From Deinococcus sp. (GTDB lineage: Bacteria > Deinococcota > Deinococci > Deinococcales > Deinococcaceae), in contig OZ253375.1 in assembly GCA_965261005.1 (NCBI GenBank), positions 928,001 through 992,000 on the forward strand: a stretch of 64,000 nt of DNA, given 5' to 3'. The notes beneath the pieces are model-generated. The model did no database searches and was not told the DNA's origin. It was given only the letters and a program-made list of their open reading frames with translations. The translations under genes and the position numbers were made by a program. Of the stretch, positions 47,759 through 60,581 are shown piece by piece (positions within the stretch are counted from its first letter, which is position 1; the number at the start of each line of letters is the position of its first letter).

Positions 47759-48373
47759 ATGACGAAAGTTGAGCAACTTCCCCTGCTGGACGGCGCAGGC
47801 TTCGAGAAGGCGACTCACGACTTGGGCGAGCATGAGCCGCTGACGCTGGCCCTGATTGACCTCGACCACTTTCAGGAGATCAACGGGGCGCTGGGCCACG
47901 AAGGGGGTAACAGGGTGCTGCGTTTCGTAGAAGGGCTGCTGACGCGCAGCCTGCCCCTCGGCAGCGTCGTCGGCCGGGTGGGCGGCGACGAGTACGCCGC
48001 CGCGCTGCCGGGGGCGAGCGCCGAGGAGGCCCTGATCGTGTTCAACGAGATCGGGCAGCACTTCGCCGCCGTGCGCGACTTGGCGCCAGGGCGCCTGAGC
48101 CTGTCGGTCGGCCTGGCCCAGCGCCCCACCCACGCCGCCTCGCTGCCCGACCTGCGCCGCGCCGCCGACGAGGCCCTCTTGCGCGCCAAGCGCGAGGGGC
48201 GCGGGCGCATCGCCATCTACACCCTCAGCAAGATGGTCCTCAAGAGCAACTACTACCCCAAGTCGAGTTTAGAGCGGCTCGCCAAGCTTTCCGCCGCCCA
48301 GAACCGCACCGAGGCCAGTTTGCTGCGCGAGGCGCTGGACAACTTGGTGGACAAGTACCGGGAGAGCTTATGA
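47759..48373 (+). CDS. GGDEF-domain protein with C-terminal ribbon-helix-helix-like domain
   Basis: DLDHF, RVGGDEY, ADEAL..AK..GR; C-terminus LERLAKLS...EASLLREALD; RBS AGGAGG. Confidence 0.85.
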   Translation: MTKVEQLPLLDGAGFEKATHDLGEHEPLTLALIDLDHFQEINGALGHEGGNRVLRFVEGLLTRSLPLGSVVGRVGGDEYAAALPGASAEEALIVFNEIGQHFAAVRDLAPGRLSLSVGLAQRPTHAASLPDLRRAADEALLRAKREGRGRIAIYTLSKMVLKSNYYPKSSLERLAKLSAAQNRTEASLLREALDNLVDKYRESL

Positions 48374-48394
48374 GCGGAGAGGTTTAGCGAGCGC

Positions 48395-49015
48395 GTGACC
48401 CTCCACCTCACCCTCCTGCGCCACGGCCGCAGCCGCGCCGACGACGAGCACGTTCACGAGGGGCGCTATGACAGCCCGCTCACGGAGGAAGGGGAGCGGC
48501 AGGCGCGGGCGTTGGCGGCGTACTGGGCCGAACACCCGCCCGGCTTCGAGCGGGTCTTTTGCTCGCCTCTCTCCAGGGGGCGGCGAACCGCCGAGATCGT
48601 CTCCGCGCCTCTGAAGCTCGCGCCCGAAGCCCGCGAGGGCTGGATGGAGTGGGACAACGGCCCGCTGGCGGGGCTGGACTTCGCGAAGGCCGAGCGGCGC
48701 TTTCCGGTGCCCGCCTTCCGGCACGCCTTTGACCCGTACACGCCACAGGGCGGCGAGTCGGGCGCGGCCATGCGCGCCCGCGTGCTGCTGGCGCTGGAGG
48801 AGGTCTGGACCTGCGGCGCGGGAAACGTCCTGATCGTGGCGCACGGCGGCGTACTAAACATGGCCCTGCGGGAACTCTTGGGCGGCGAGCGCGGCTGGTT
48901 CGCCTTCGGCGACACCGGTTTTGCGACCGTCGAATTGGAACGCGGCAGCCACACGGCGCTGTTGGGCGGCGTGAACTTGAGGCCGCATTTGACGGGAGCG
49001 GATGATCCGGCTTAG
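48395..49015 (+). CDS. Histidine phosphatase family protein
   Basis: LLRHG, SPLSRG, GGES, VAHGG. Confidence 0.9.
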   Translation: MTLHLTLLRHGRSRADDEHVHEGRYDSPLTEEGERQARALAAYWAEHPPGFERVFCSPLSRGRRTAEIVSAPLKLAPEAREGWMEWDNGPLAGLDFAKAERRFPVPAFRHAFDPYTPQGGESGAAMRARVLLALEEVWTCGAGNVLIVAHGGVLNMALRELLGGERGWFAFGDTGFATVELERGSHTALLGGVNLRPHLTGADDPA

Positions 49016-49091
49016 GACCCCCGCGGGGGTTCTTCGTGCTCCGCCCTTCGGGCACCTCATCCTTTAGGTTTCAATCGCATAAAATGCCACC

Positions 49092-49508
49092 ATGAGCGTA
49101 AAAATCGAGAGCATTTTTGAACCGACGGATGAGATAATCGAAGGCATATATGATGGTCTTACTCAGTTCAATCTCGAAAAAGTTGGTGGCTGGGAGTGTC
49201 ATCATATTGCAGTCGTCGCCCGTAAAGGGGACAAGATAATTGGTGGTATTAATGGCACGGCACAATGGAACTGGCTTGATATAGAGCAGTTATGGGTTGA
49301 GGTATTGGAAAGGAATCAAGGTCTTGGGAGTCGTCTACTTGATACTATCGAACAAGCTGCCGCCGCTAAAGGCTTTCCTAATTTTCATATTCGCACTGGC
49401 GACTGGCAAGCACTGGAATTTTATAAAAAGCATGGATATAAAATTTTTGGCGAATTAGAGAATCACCCTGAAGGTCATACACTGTTTTTTCTTAAAAAAC
49501 TAGGTTGA
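49092..49508 (+). CDS. GNAT acetyltransferase (low GC)
   Basis: LWV...RNQGLGSRLL, QALEFYKKHGY. Confidence 0.88.
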   Translation: MSVKIESIFEPTDEIIEGIYDGLTQFNLEKVGGWECHHIAVVARKGDKIIGGINGTAQWNWLDIEQLWVEVLERNQGLGSRLLDTIEQAAAAKGFPNFHIRTGDWQALEFYKKHGYKIFGELENHPEGHTLFFLKKLG

Positions 49509-49710
49509 TTTAGTACGAACCTGTCTTCCATTTCAGCACCAGACACCTTTTAAGTAAAAGTTGCTCGCGCCTCTGATACCGCTTCATGTGTGATGCTGCT
49601 ATATCTGGAACTCGACGACGAAGCTCATTGAGCGAAAACAGGTGAGTTCCCGTGAAATTCTCGGGTAAACGGTGATAAAGCATGCAGACATGCTACCCAA
49701 AACAGGGGTT

Positions 49711-49880
49711 TTACTGCCGCTTCTTAGGGTCGAGGGCGTCGCGCAAACCGTCCCCGAGCAACTGGTAGCAGGCTACCGTGAACACGATGAAAAAGCCCGG
49801 AATCAAGACCCACGGCCGGTCGGTGATGCTGGCGAGACCCCCTTCCTGCACTTGGGCGAGCAAGCTACCCCAAGAGGCGT
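49711..49880 (-). pseudogene. 3' remnant of a peptide ABC transporter permease (OppC/DppC-like)
   Basis: SWGSLL...PWVLIPG...[13 protein letters not shown]; no recognisable 5' part. Confidence 0.75.
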
Positions 49881-49890
49881 AAGCTGAGCC

Positions 49891-50067
49891 ATGAACCGCT
49901 TTGGCGATTGGCTGCGGCGGCTGTTCACCTCGCCGAACCGGCGCCCGCCACCCAACTTTCCGGACGGCGCGGGCGTGCGGGTGCCCACGCCGCCCAGGCC
50001 AAGCCGCCCCCGGCGGAGGAACTGGTCGAGCGGTGAGATTTGCGAGAAACAGCCCAACCGACCGTGA
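49891..50067 (+). CDS. Small 58-aa Pro/Arg-rich protein
   Basis: [12 protein letters not shown]...[14 protein letters not shown] 5 nt before ATG; below the ORF-track cutoff. Confidence 0.45.
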   Translation: MNRFGDWLRRLFTSPNRRPPPNFPDGAGVRVPTPPRPSRPRRRNWSSGEICEKQPNRP

Positions 50068-50115
50068 ACGCCGGCGGCTTGACGTGCAGCGAACTTCACG
50101 TGTCACAGTGGGGGC

Positions 50116-50580
<465 letters not shown>

Positions 50581-50595
50581 GCCAATTAAGCGAAC

Positions 50596-50624
50596 GGGCC
50601 GGGAGCATTCCCGGCCCCTTTTTT
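50596..50624 (+). terminator. Intrinsic terminator
   Basis: GGGCCGGGA-GCAT-TCCCGGCCC followed by a T-run. Confidence 0.75.
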
Positions 50625-50633
50625 GGAGCCTCT

Positions 50634-51392
50634 ATGAGCGCCATTCGGCGGACAACCCAGGAGTTCGCCCAGATGACGGCGGAGTACGCCGAGCGCTTGG
50701 AGCGTGACGCCGCCTTTCGCGACATCGTGAACGTGCTGTGCGGCGCACCGGAACATGCCCACGCCTTTGGGCAGGCGCGCGGCGTGGGCATCTCGACCTT
50801 TGCCGGGATGTTGAACTTACCGGTCTCGACCGTGCGCCATTACCAGCGCCTCGGGCTGATCACGCCCTACGAGGTGAACGGCAAATTCCGCTTCTGGTTT
50901 CACAACGTGGCGCAGGCAGAGTCGGTGCGGCAGTGGCGCGACCTCGGCCTGAGCCTGGAAGAGATTCTGGAGCAGCGCGCCGGGGAGCGCATCGGCGGGC
51001 AGAGCGCGACCTTTGCCGGCAACTTCGCCGACAAGAGCGTGAACGTCCTGATCACGTCCAAGAACGCGCTGCGCGGCGGCGCCCCAAGCGGGGACTCGCA
51101 ACCCGGGGATTGGCAGCTGTACGTCGAGCGCGTGGGCGACGAGGCGAGAACCGCCCTGTTCGGCCCGGCCAAAAGCGCCGGCGTCTTGGTGACGGCCCGC
51201 GACGTGTTCCCGGTGTCCCAGCTTTCAGGAGGCGCGGCGGACGTGGACGATTGGCGCCAAGCGATGGCGCGCACCCGTCTGGAGGCGCGCGCCGCCCGCG
51301 TCCGACTGGAGGCCCGCCTGAAGAAGCTGCAAGAACAGCTCAACCGGGCGCGGGCGCTGGAAACGGCCTTGGAGAGCCACGGCCGGCAGTAG
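50634..51392 (+). CDS. MerR-family transcriptional regulator
   Basis: ISTFA...STVRHYQRLGLI, RDLGLSLEEI; C-terminal coiled coil. Confidence 0.8.
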   Translation: MSAIRRTTQEFAQMTAEYAERLERDAAFRDIVNVLCGAPEHAHAFGQARGVGISTFAGMLNLPVSTVRHYQRLGLITPYEVNGKFRFWFHNVAQAESVRQWRDLGLSLEEILEQRAGERIGGQSATFAGNFADKSVNVLITSKNALRGGAPSGDSQPGDWQLYVERVGDEARTALFGPAKSAGVLVTARDVFPVSQLSGGAADVDDWRQAMARTRLEARAARVRLEARLKKLQEQLNRARALETALESHGRQ

Positions 51393-51417
51393 CTAAGACG
51401 TTGGGGCCAAAGCAAAA

Positions 51418-51456
51418 CCCCTCCCCCGTGAGGAGAGAGGGGCCGGGGGCGGGGGG
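51418..51456 (+). repeat. REP-like palindromic repeat
   Basis: CCCCTCCCCCGTGAGGAGAGAGGGGCCGGGGGCGGGGGG, degenerate family copy. Confidence 0.6.
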
Positions 51457-51461
51457 TCCCT

Positions 51462-52604
<1,143 letters not shown>

Positions 52605-52615
52605 GGCTGCTCCTG

Positions 52616-52629
52616 GTGAAATACTTCAC
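52616..52629. promoter_or_regulatory. Rex operator-like palindrome
   Basis: GTGAA-ATAC-TTCAC just upstream of the NDH-2 RBS; Rex consensus is TTGTGAA-N4-TTCACAA. Confidence 0.7.
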
Positions 52630-52866
52630 GAGCGTGAAGCGCTACTGCGGTGAGAAAAGACGTGGGGCACGTCTCAACATGACTCAGTGTACAGGGTACA
52701 CGAATGCCAGAACAGTGCCCGGCTACCGACACCTTGGCCGATCATTGAACGTTCTGTGCCCGCAAGAGCGCCACAATTTAAGACGTCGGCGTTTTCAGGC
52801 GCTACACTATTTTCACATGGAACTCACTCAAGTGCTCGCCACACTGCGCGCCGCTCAGGAGCCGGC

Positions 52867-53943
<1,077 letters not shown>

Positions 53944-53957
53944 GCCGAATAGGCATA

Positions 53958-53993
53958 AAGGACGGCCGAGCCACTTATGGCTCGGCCGTCCTT
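53958..53993. terminator. 16-bp perfect hairpin between convergent genes
   Basis: AAGGACGGCCGAGCCA-CTTA-TGGCTCGGCCGTCCTT. Confidence 0.75.
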
Positions 53994-53996
53994 CAG

Positions 53997-54467
53997 CTAG
54001 AGGCGTGACTGAAAACAGCTCTGCAAGTACTTGTCAAACTCTTCAACCTTCGCCTTATTGCCCACGTCCTTAAGAACGATACGTCCCTCGGAATTTACAA
54101 GTACAAAGCTTGGGTATGCTCCAACTCCATATGCTTCATTGACTATGCCACCCATATCAAGCACATTTGTAGGCTGATCATATATTGATCGGTCCTCTTG
54201 CTTAGAATACCGGTCAACTATTATCAAATGCACATCAGATTTGGCACAAGCCTGAGCAACCCGCATATCTATAAGGTCACATATCGTACATGAGGTCGTA
54301 CGAAAGTAAAGTAGCGTCGGTTTTTGATCCTCAAATCGCAATTGGGGTAAGCGCGGCGCCACTTTACCAATCCAGCGCTTAGCAAACCAACCCGAGGTGA
54401 TTACAGTTAATAACCTAGGTGATGTAGGATCATCGCGTTCTTTATTAACTGTAATACGTATTGCCAC
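53997..54467 (-). CDS. Low-GC thioredoxin-fold (TlpA/ResA-like) protein
   Basis: LLYFRTTSCTIC (CxxC) and YGVGAYPSFVLVNSEGRI (cis-Pro loop); GTG 3 nt after the upstream stop. Confidence 0.8.
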   Translation of the reverse strand: MAIRITVNKERDDPTSPRLLTVITSGWFAKRWIGKVAPRLPQLRFEDQKPTLLYFRTTSCTICDLIDMRVAQACAKSDVHLIIVDRYSKQEDRSIYDQPTNVLDMGGIVNEAYGVGAYPSFVLVNSEGRIVLKDVGNKAKVEEFDKYLQSCFQSRL

Positions 54468-54470
54468 GGC

Positions 54471-54599
54471 TTACGAACCTATGCAAATGATAATGCCGAA
54501 GAACGTTTTACAGCCGTTCGGATGAACGCCTTGAGATACAGCGAGTGCGCTTGTAGAAAAAATGAGGCTTGCAAAGCCTATACGAATCGCTTTCTTCAT
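54471..54599 (-). CDS. 42-aa secreted two-Cys peptide precursor B
   Basis: Manual translation [55 protein letters not shown] signal-peptidase site; absent from the ORF track. Confidence 0.75.
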   Translation of the reverse strand: MKKAIRIGFASLIFSTSALAVSQGVHPNGCKTFFGIIICIGS

Positions 54600-54609
54600 G
54601 ATTTCACCT

Positions 54610-54756
54610 TTAAAAGCAGTTGGTAATAAAAACGGAGCCAATGTGAATAGACCAGCAACCCTGCGGAGTCACCGATGGAGCCGCCACAACACTCCCTCCA
54701 AGAAGGACGCTAGCTACGATGACCGCTTGAAGCTGCCGCTTAGCCCTATGCATCAT
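54610..54756 (-). CDS. 48-aa secreted two-Cys peptide precursor A
   Basis: [59 protein letters not shown]; signal-like n/h regions. Confidence 0.75.
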   Translation of the reverse strand: MMHRAKRQLQAVIVASVLLGGSVVAAPSVTPQGCWSIHIGSVFITNCF

Positions 54757-54820
54757 ATCGACTCCCCTCACCAAAGAGTAAAACCACTCCATATTTTGGA
54801 AAGCAAGTTCTTTGGTGGCC

Positions 54821-56092
54821 CTGAGGGCCTGACAGAAAGTATGAGAAAGCGTCCCCGCTGTGGGACACTTTCTGTTTGTGAAGACCGAAAATGCCAGCGG
54901 GGACGCTGCCCGACTCTATCAAGCTGTTCTCGCTCAGCTCCAGACTGCTCTCTGGAACGACATCCGCAATGCGCGTACCCTCGCTTGGATGGTCAGCGGC
55001 CTGCTGCTCTCCCAGCGCAGCTCTATCCCCGCTTGGCTCCCTCACATCCACTCTCGTGCCACCTTCGCGCAAAGCAGCGAACGCCGAGTTCGTCGGTGGC
55101 TGGAGAATCCAGCCGTTGATCCCACCAGTGTTTACGGTCCGCTGATCACCCGTGCCCTCCGCGACTGGGGCAGACATCCCCTGATCCTGGCCCTGGATAC
55201 CAGCGTCCTGTTCGAGAAGTTTTGCCTGATCCGCGTCTCGGTGCTCTTTCGGGGACGAGCAGTTCCGCTGGTCTCGCGTGTCCTTGAACATTCCAGCGCC
55301 CAGGTCAGCACCGCCCACCTGCTCCCCGTGCTGGCCGAAGTCAAGGGGATGCTCGACTTCCTTGGCCTACATCAAGTTCGCCTGCTGGCCGATCGAGGGT
55401 TCTGCGATACGGAACTGATGGCGTGGCTCCGAGTCTGCGGCTGGCATTACCGCATCCGCATCAAATCGAGCTTGATTCTGGCTGCTCCAGATGGACAGCG
55501 GTTGTGCAAGGTGGGTGAGGTGCGACTTTCGCCCAGAGAGACCCGTTGCTTTCACAACATCACCTTGACTGGACAGCACTTCGGTTCCGTTCACGTCGCT
55601 CTGGGCCGTCCGACAGACGGCCTAGAGCAGTGGCAGGTGGTGAGTGACGAACCGACGAGCGTGAAGACGTTTACCGAGTACGGCGCACGCTTCCAGATCG
55701 AAGAGGGGTTTCTGGACGAGAAAAGCGGCCTCTTCGATCTGGAAGATGCCAAACTTCGCGATGTGGCCAGCCTGGAGCGGCTGGTCTTGGTCATCTCGGT
55801 CGCTACGCTTCTGCTCGTCTCGGAGGGACTTCAGACCGTACACAGCGGCGCTCGCCGAGTGGTTGATCCCCACTGGCAGCGGGGATTGAGCTATCTCAAA
55901 ATCGGTCTACGGGCCGTTCAGTACGCCCTCAGCCGGGGTCAGGCGGTGTTCACCCGCCTGATCCTCCAGGGTGGCCCTGACCCTGAACCGCTGGGGACTC
56001 GAAAGCGCCCTCGTCCTACCCCACTGACCACGCTCGAAGTCGGCTGGAAGCTCGTTTTTCGCTCACCCTCATAAAATCTGTCAGGCCGTCAG
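54821..56092 (+). mobile_element. IS4-family insertion sequence, 1272 bp
   Basis: Terminal IRs CTGAGGGCCTGACAGA / CTGACGGCCTGACAGA (15/16); 9-bp duplication TTGGTGGCC at 54812-54820 and 56093-56101. Confidence 0.92.
54878..56074 (+). CDS. IS4-family DDE transposase
   Basis: [24 protein letters not shown] (YREK-like signature). Confidence 0.9.
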   Translation: MKTENASGDAARLYQAVLAQLQTALWNDIRNARTLAWMVSGLLLSQRSSIPAWLPHIHSRATFAQSSERRVRRWLENPAVDPTSVYGPLITRALRDWGRHPLILALDTSVLFEKFCLIRVSVLFRGRAVPLVSRVLEHSSAQVSTAHLLPVLAEVKGMLDFLGLHQVRLLADRGFCDTELMAWLRVCGWHYRIRIKSSLILAAPDGQRLCKVGEVRLSPRETRCFHNITLTGQHFGSVHVALGRPTDGLEQWQVVSDEPTSVKTFTEYGARFQIEEGFLDEKSGLFDLEDAKLRDVASLERLVLVISVATLLLVSEGLQTVHSGARRVVDPHWQRGLSYLKIGLRAVQYALSRGQAVFTRLILQGGPDPEPLGTRKRPRPTPLTTLEVGWKLVFRSPS

Positions 56093-56268
56093 TTGGTGGC
56101 CTCAAGTGTAAAAAAAAAATGGCTGGGCTAGGGACTTTTTTAACTTTTATCTCATTTTGCTAATCAAATAGAGGTGATATCAGAAGGCCGATGTTCAAAG
56201 TCATAAGTCATCAGCCCACCAGAAACGTTGGTTGGGAACACTCCTTCCCGCCCGCTATACTGCCCCTG

Positions 56269-56742
<474 letters not shown>

Positions 56743-56746
56743 GGCG

Positions 56747-56784
56747 CCCCTCACCCCAACCCCTCTCCCGCAAGGGGAGAGGGG
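56747..56784 (-). repeat. REP-like palindromic repeat, probably doubling as greA terminator
   Basis: CCCCTCACCCCAACCCCTCTCCCGCAAGGGGAGAGGGG followed by a T-run. Confidence 0.75.
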
Positions 56785-56794
56785 CTTTTTTTGT

Positions 56795-57922
<1,128 letters not shown>

Positions 57923-57967
57923 AGGAGGGCAGCTTAGCAGGCGGCGAAGAGGCCCTAAAGTGACCTT

Positions 57968-59107
57968 ATGCTGTCGCGCGACCAACTTTTGGAGGCTGCC
58001 GCCCTCTTCGGCACGCCGCTGTACGTCTACGACGCCCGCGAGATAGACGCCGCGCTGAAGCGGGTCCGTCAAGCTTTTGGGGAAGCGCGGGTCTTTTACG
58101 CCATGAAGGCGAACCCCAACTTCGCCATCCTGCGCCGCCTGCGCGCGGCGGGCGTGGGCTTCGAGGCGGTCTCCCCCGGCGAGCTGGCCCGCACGCGCTT
58201 TCTCGGGTGTGCGGGCAGCGAGGTGATCGTGAACGGCCCGGCCAAAAGCGAGGAGGAGTACCAGCTGGGCGCCGACATGGGCGCGACCTTCGTCATTGAC
58301 CGAATGGAAGAGGTGGGGCTGCTCGCGCGGGGAACGCCCGTTTTGGTGCGCGTCAACCCCGCCCTGGGCGTCAGCACCCACCCGCACTTGGCGACCGGGG
58401 CGGCGGACAGCAAGTTCGGCGTGCGGCTGGACCAGGTGGCAGAGGTCGCGCGGGCGGCGCGGGCGGCGCGGGGGGCGGGCCTGCACCTTCGCGGCTTGCA
58501 CGTTCACATTGGCAGCGCCATTCGTGACGCCTCGGATTTCGGCGCGGCCTTTGAAAAGTTGGCCGGACTTGAGATGGGCGACATCGAGGTGCTCGACGTG
58601 GGCGGGGGCTGGGGGCTGGGGGCGGACCTCGCGGGCATCGCACGGGCGGCGCGGCAAGCCCAGGCGCGTTTGGGCGCGCGGGAACTGTGGGTGGAGCCGG
58701 GGCGCTACTTGGTAGCCCAAGCGGGCGCGCTGCTGACCACCGTGGTCGGGACCAAGCACACCGGGCGCGACTTTGTGCTGCTGGACGCCGGCATGACCGA
58801 GCTGCTGCGGCCCATGCTCTACGGCGCCGAGCATCCGGTGACGCCGCTGTGGGACGCGCCGGAGACGGGCGTCTACGACCTGGCGGGGCCGGCCTGCGAA
58901 AGCGGCGATCTGCTGGGGCGCGACGTTGTCTTGCCCACGCCGAAGCGCGGCGACGTGCTGGCCATGCTGGAGACGGGCGCCTACGGCGCGGCCATGAGCG
59001 GCAACTATCTCACGCGTTCCCGTCCGGCAGAAGCGCTCTGGGACGACGGCTGGCACCTCATCCGGCGCCGCGAGCGGCCGGGGGACGTGTGGGCGGCGGA
59101 GATATGA
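57968..59107 (+). CDS. lysA: Diaminopimelate decarboxylase family
   Basis: GTPLYVYD, YAMKAN, SKFG, HVHIGS, EPGR, GPACESGD. Confidence 0.9.
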   Translation: MLSRDQLLEAAALFGTPLYVYDAREIDAALKRVRQAFGEARVFYAMKANPNFAILRRLRAAGVGFEAVSPGELARTRFLGCAGSEVIVNGPAKSEEEYQLGADMGATFVIDRMEEVGLLARGTPVLVRVNPALGVSTHPHLATGAADSKFGVRLDQVAEVARAARAARGAGLHLRGLHVHIGSAIRDASDFGAAFEKLAGLEMGDIEVLDVGGGWGLGADLAGIARAARQAQARLGARELWVEPGRYLVAQAGALLTTVVGTKHTGRDFVLLDAGMTELLRPMLYGAEHPVTPLWDAPETGVYDLAGPACESGDLLGRDVVLPTPKRGDVLAMLETGAYGAAMSGNYLTRSRPAEALWDDGWHLIRRRERPGDVWAAEI

Positions 59108-59806
59108 TTACGAACTTATGCGGCCAGTGCCCAGCCGCTTGGCCTCCAGCAGCTTTTCGTCGGCGGCGGCCAGCAGGCGCTCGGGGCTGGGAAGGGTGAG
59201 GTTGTCGCACACGCCGAGGCTGATGGTGACCTCCAGGCCGGGATGCAGCGCGGACCAGTCACGGCACCGCACCGCCAGCTGAAGCCGCTCGCAGACAGAC
59301 AGCGCCCCCGGCGCCGACAAGCCCGGCAGCAGCAGCGCGAACTCCTCGCCGCCGTAGCGGGCCAGCACATCCATGCCGCGCAAGTTGTGCGCGAGCGCGT
59401 CCGCCACGCCGCACAGCACCTGGTCCCCAATCGCGTGCGAACACGCCACGTTGACGCGCCGCAGACCGTCCACATCGGCCATCACCACGCTGAGGGGATA
59501 ATTCAGGCGCCGCATGCGGGCGAACTCCAGCGCCAAGGTCTCATCGAAAAAGCGGCGGTTGTGCAGCCCGGTGAGCGGGTCTTGCTTGGACAGGCGCGCG
59601 AGAATCTGAGCGTGGCGGCTCAGCTCCGCCAGCAGTTCGGCGTTGTGCGACCGCAGCTCCGAGAGCGCGCTCAGGGCGTGGGCGAGTTCGGCGGCCTGCA
59701 TGCTGGCCGCCTCGCCCCTTTCAGACCGCTCGGCGTTCTCCTCGCCAGGAGGTGTCCCGAAACAGAGAGAGGGCGGCAGCTCAGACACGATGATCAAGAG
59801 CACCAT
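59108..59806 (-). CDS. Diguanylate cyclase (GGEEF) with N-terminal coiled coil
   Basis: DPLTGLHNRR, RGMD I-site, RYGGEEF; start uncertain. Confidence 0.85.
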   Translation of the reverse strand: MVLLIIVSELPPSLCFGTPPGEENAERSERGEAASMQAAELAHALSALSELRSHNAELLAELSRHAQILARLSKQDPLTGLHNRRFFDETLALEFARMRRLNYPLSVVMADVDGLRRVNVACSHAIGDQVLCGVADALAHNLRGMDVLARYGGEEFALLLPGLSAPGALSVCERLQLAVRCRDWSALHPGLEVTISLGVCDNLTLPSPERLLAAADEKLLEAKRLGTGRISS

Positions 59807-59909
59807 AAGGCTCTCTTTCTCACAATTTTCTTACGCATGCTTAACCGATGGTTTGCTTCGTCAGCGGCGCGACAGTATGCCGCGCCGGCCTGATGCCTGC
59901 TGGAACAGA

Positions 59910-60575
59910 ATGAGCCAGCGAAAAGTATTGATTATTGAGGACGACGCGGACATCGCCCGCTTCGTCAGCTCAGATTTGACCGACGCCGGGTACGACGTGC
60001 TTCACGCGGCCGACGCCATGAGCGGCCTGGTCACCGTGCGCGAGCAGTCTCCCGACCTGATTTTGCTCGACCTCGGCCTGCCCGACTTCGACGGCACCGA
60101 GGTGCTGGCCCGCGTGCGGCGCACCTCCACGCTGCCCATTATCGTGATGACGGCGCGCGACACCCCCGAGGAAAAGGTAGACGTCCTTGAGGATGGCGCC
60201 GACGACTACATCGTCAAGCCCTTCGATTCGCGCGAGTTGATCGCGCGAATCGGCGTGCAGTTGCGCCAGCACGGCGGCGCCCCCATCGAGATCAACGGGA
60301 TGGAACTCAACATGCAGCAGCGCCTGGTCAAGTACAACGGCCAGGAGGTGCGCCTCTCCCCCACCGAGTTCAACTTGCTCTCGCTGCTGGCGCGCCAACC
60401 GGGCCGGGTCTACTCGCGTGAGGAGATCGAGCGCGAAGTCTGGGAAGGCCGCCTGCCCGCCAACAGCAACGTCGTGGACGTTCACATGGCCAACCTGCGC
60501 GGCAAGTTCCGCGACCTCGACGGCTACGGGATCATTCGCACGGTGCGCGGGATCGGCTACGCGCTGAGGTCGTAA
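59910..60575 (+). CDS. OmpR-family response regulator, DrRRA-like
   Basis: IEDD, LLDLGLPDFDG, KPF, SNVVDVHMANLRGK..DLDGYG..RTVRG; recalled similarity to Deinococcus DrRRA. Confidence 0.9.
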   Translation: MSQRKVLIIEDDADIARFVSSDLTDAGYDVLHAADAMSGLVTVREQSPDLILLDLGLPDFDGTEVLARVRRTSTLPIIVMTARDTPEEKVDVLEDGADDYIVKPFDSRELIARIGVQLRQHGGAPIEINGMELNMQQRLVKYNGQEVRLSPTEFNLLSLLARQPGRVYSREEIEREVWEGRLPANSNVVDVHMANLRGKFRDLDGYGIIRTVRGIGYALRS

Positions 60576-60581
60576 GCTCCC

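Noticed and set aside
54562..55119. 185-aa plus-strand ORF across the IS left end
   Set aside because: Chimeric across the IS junction and antisense to the peptide genes
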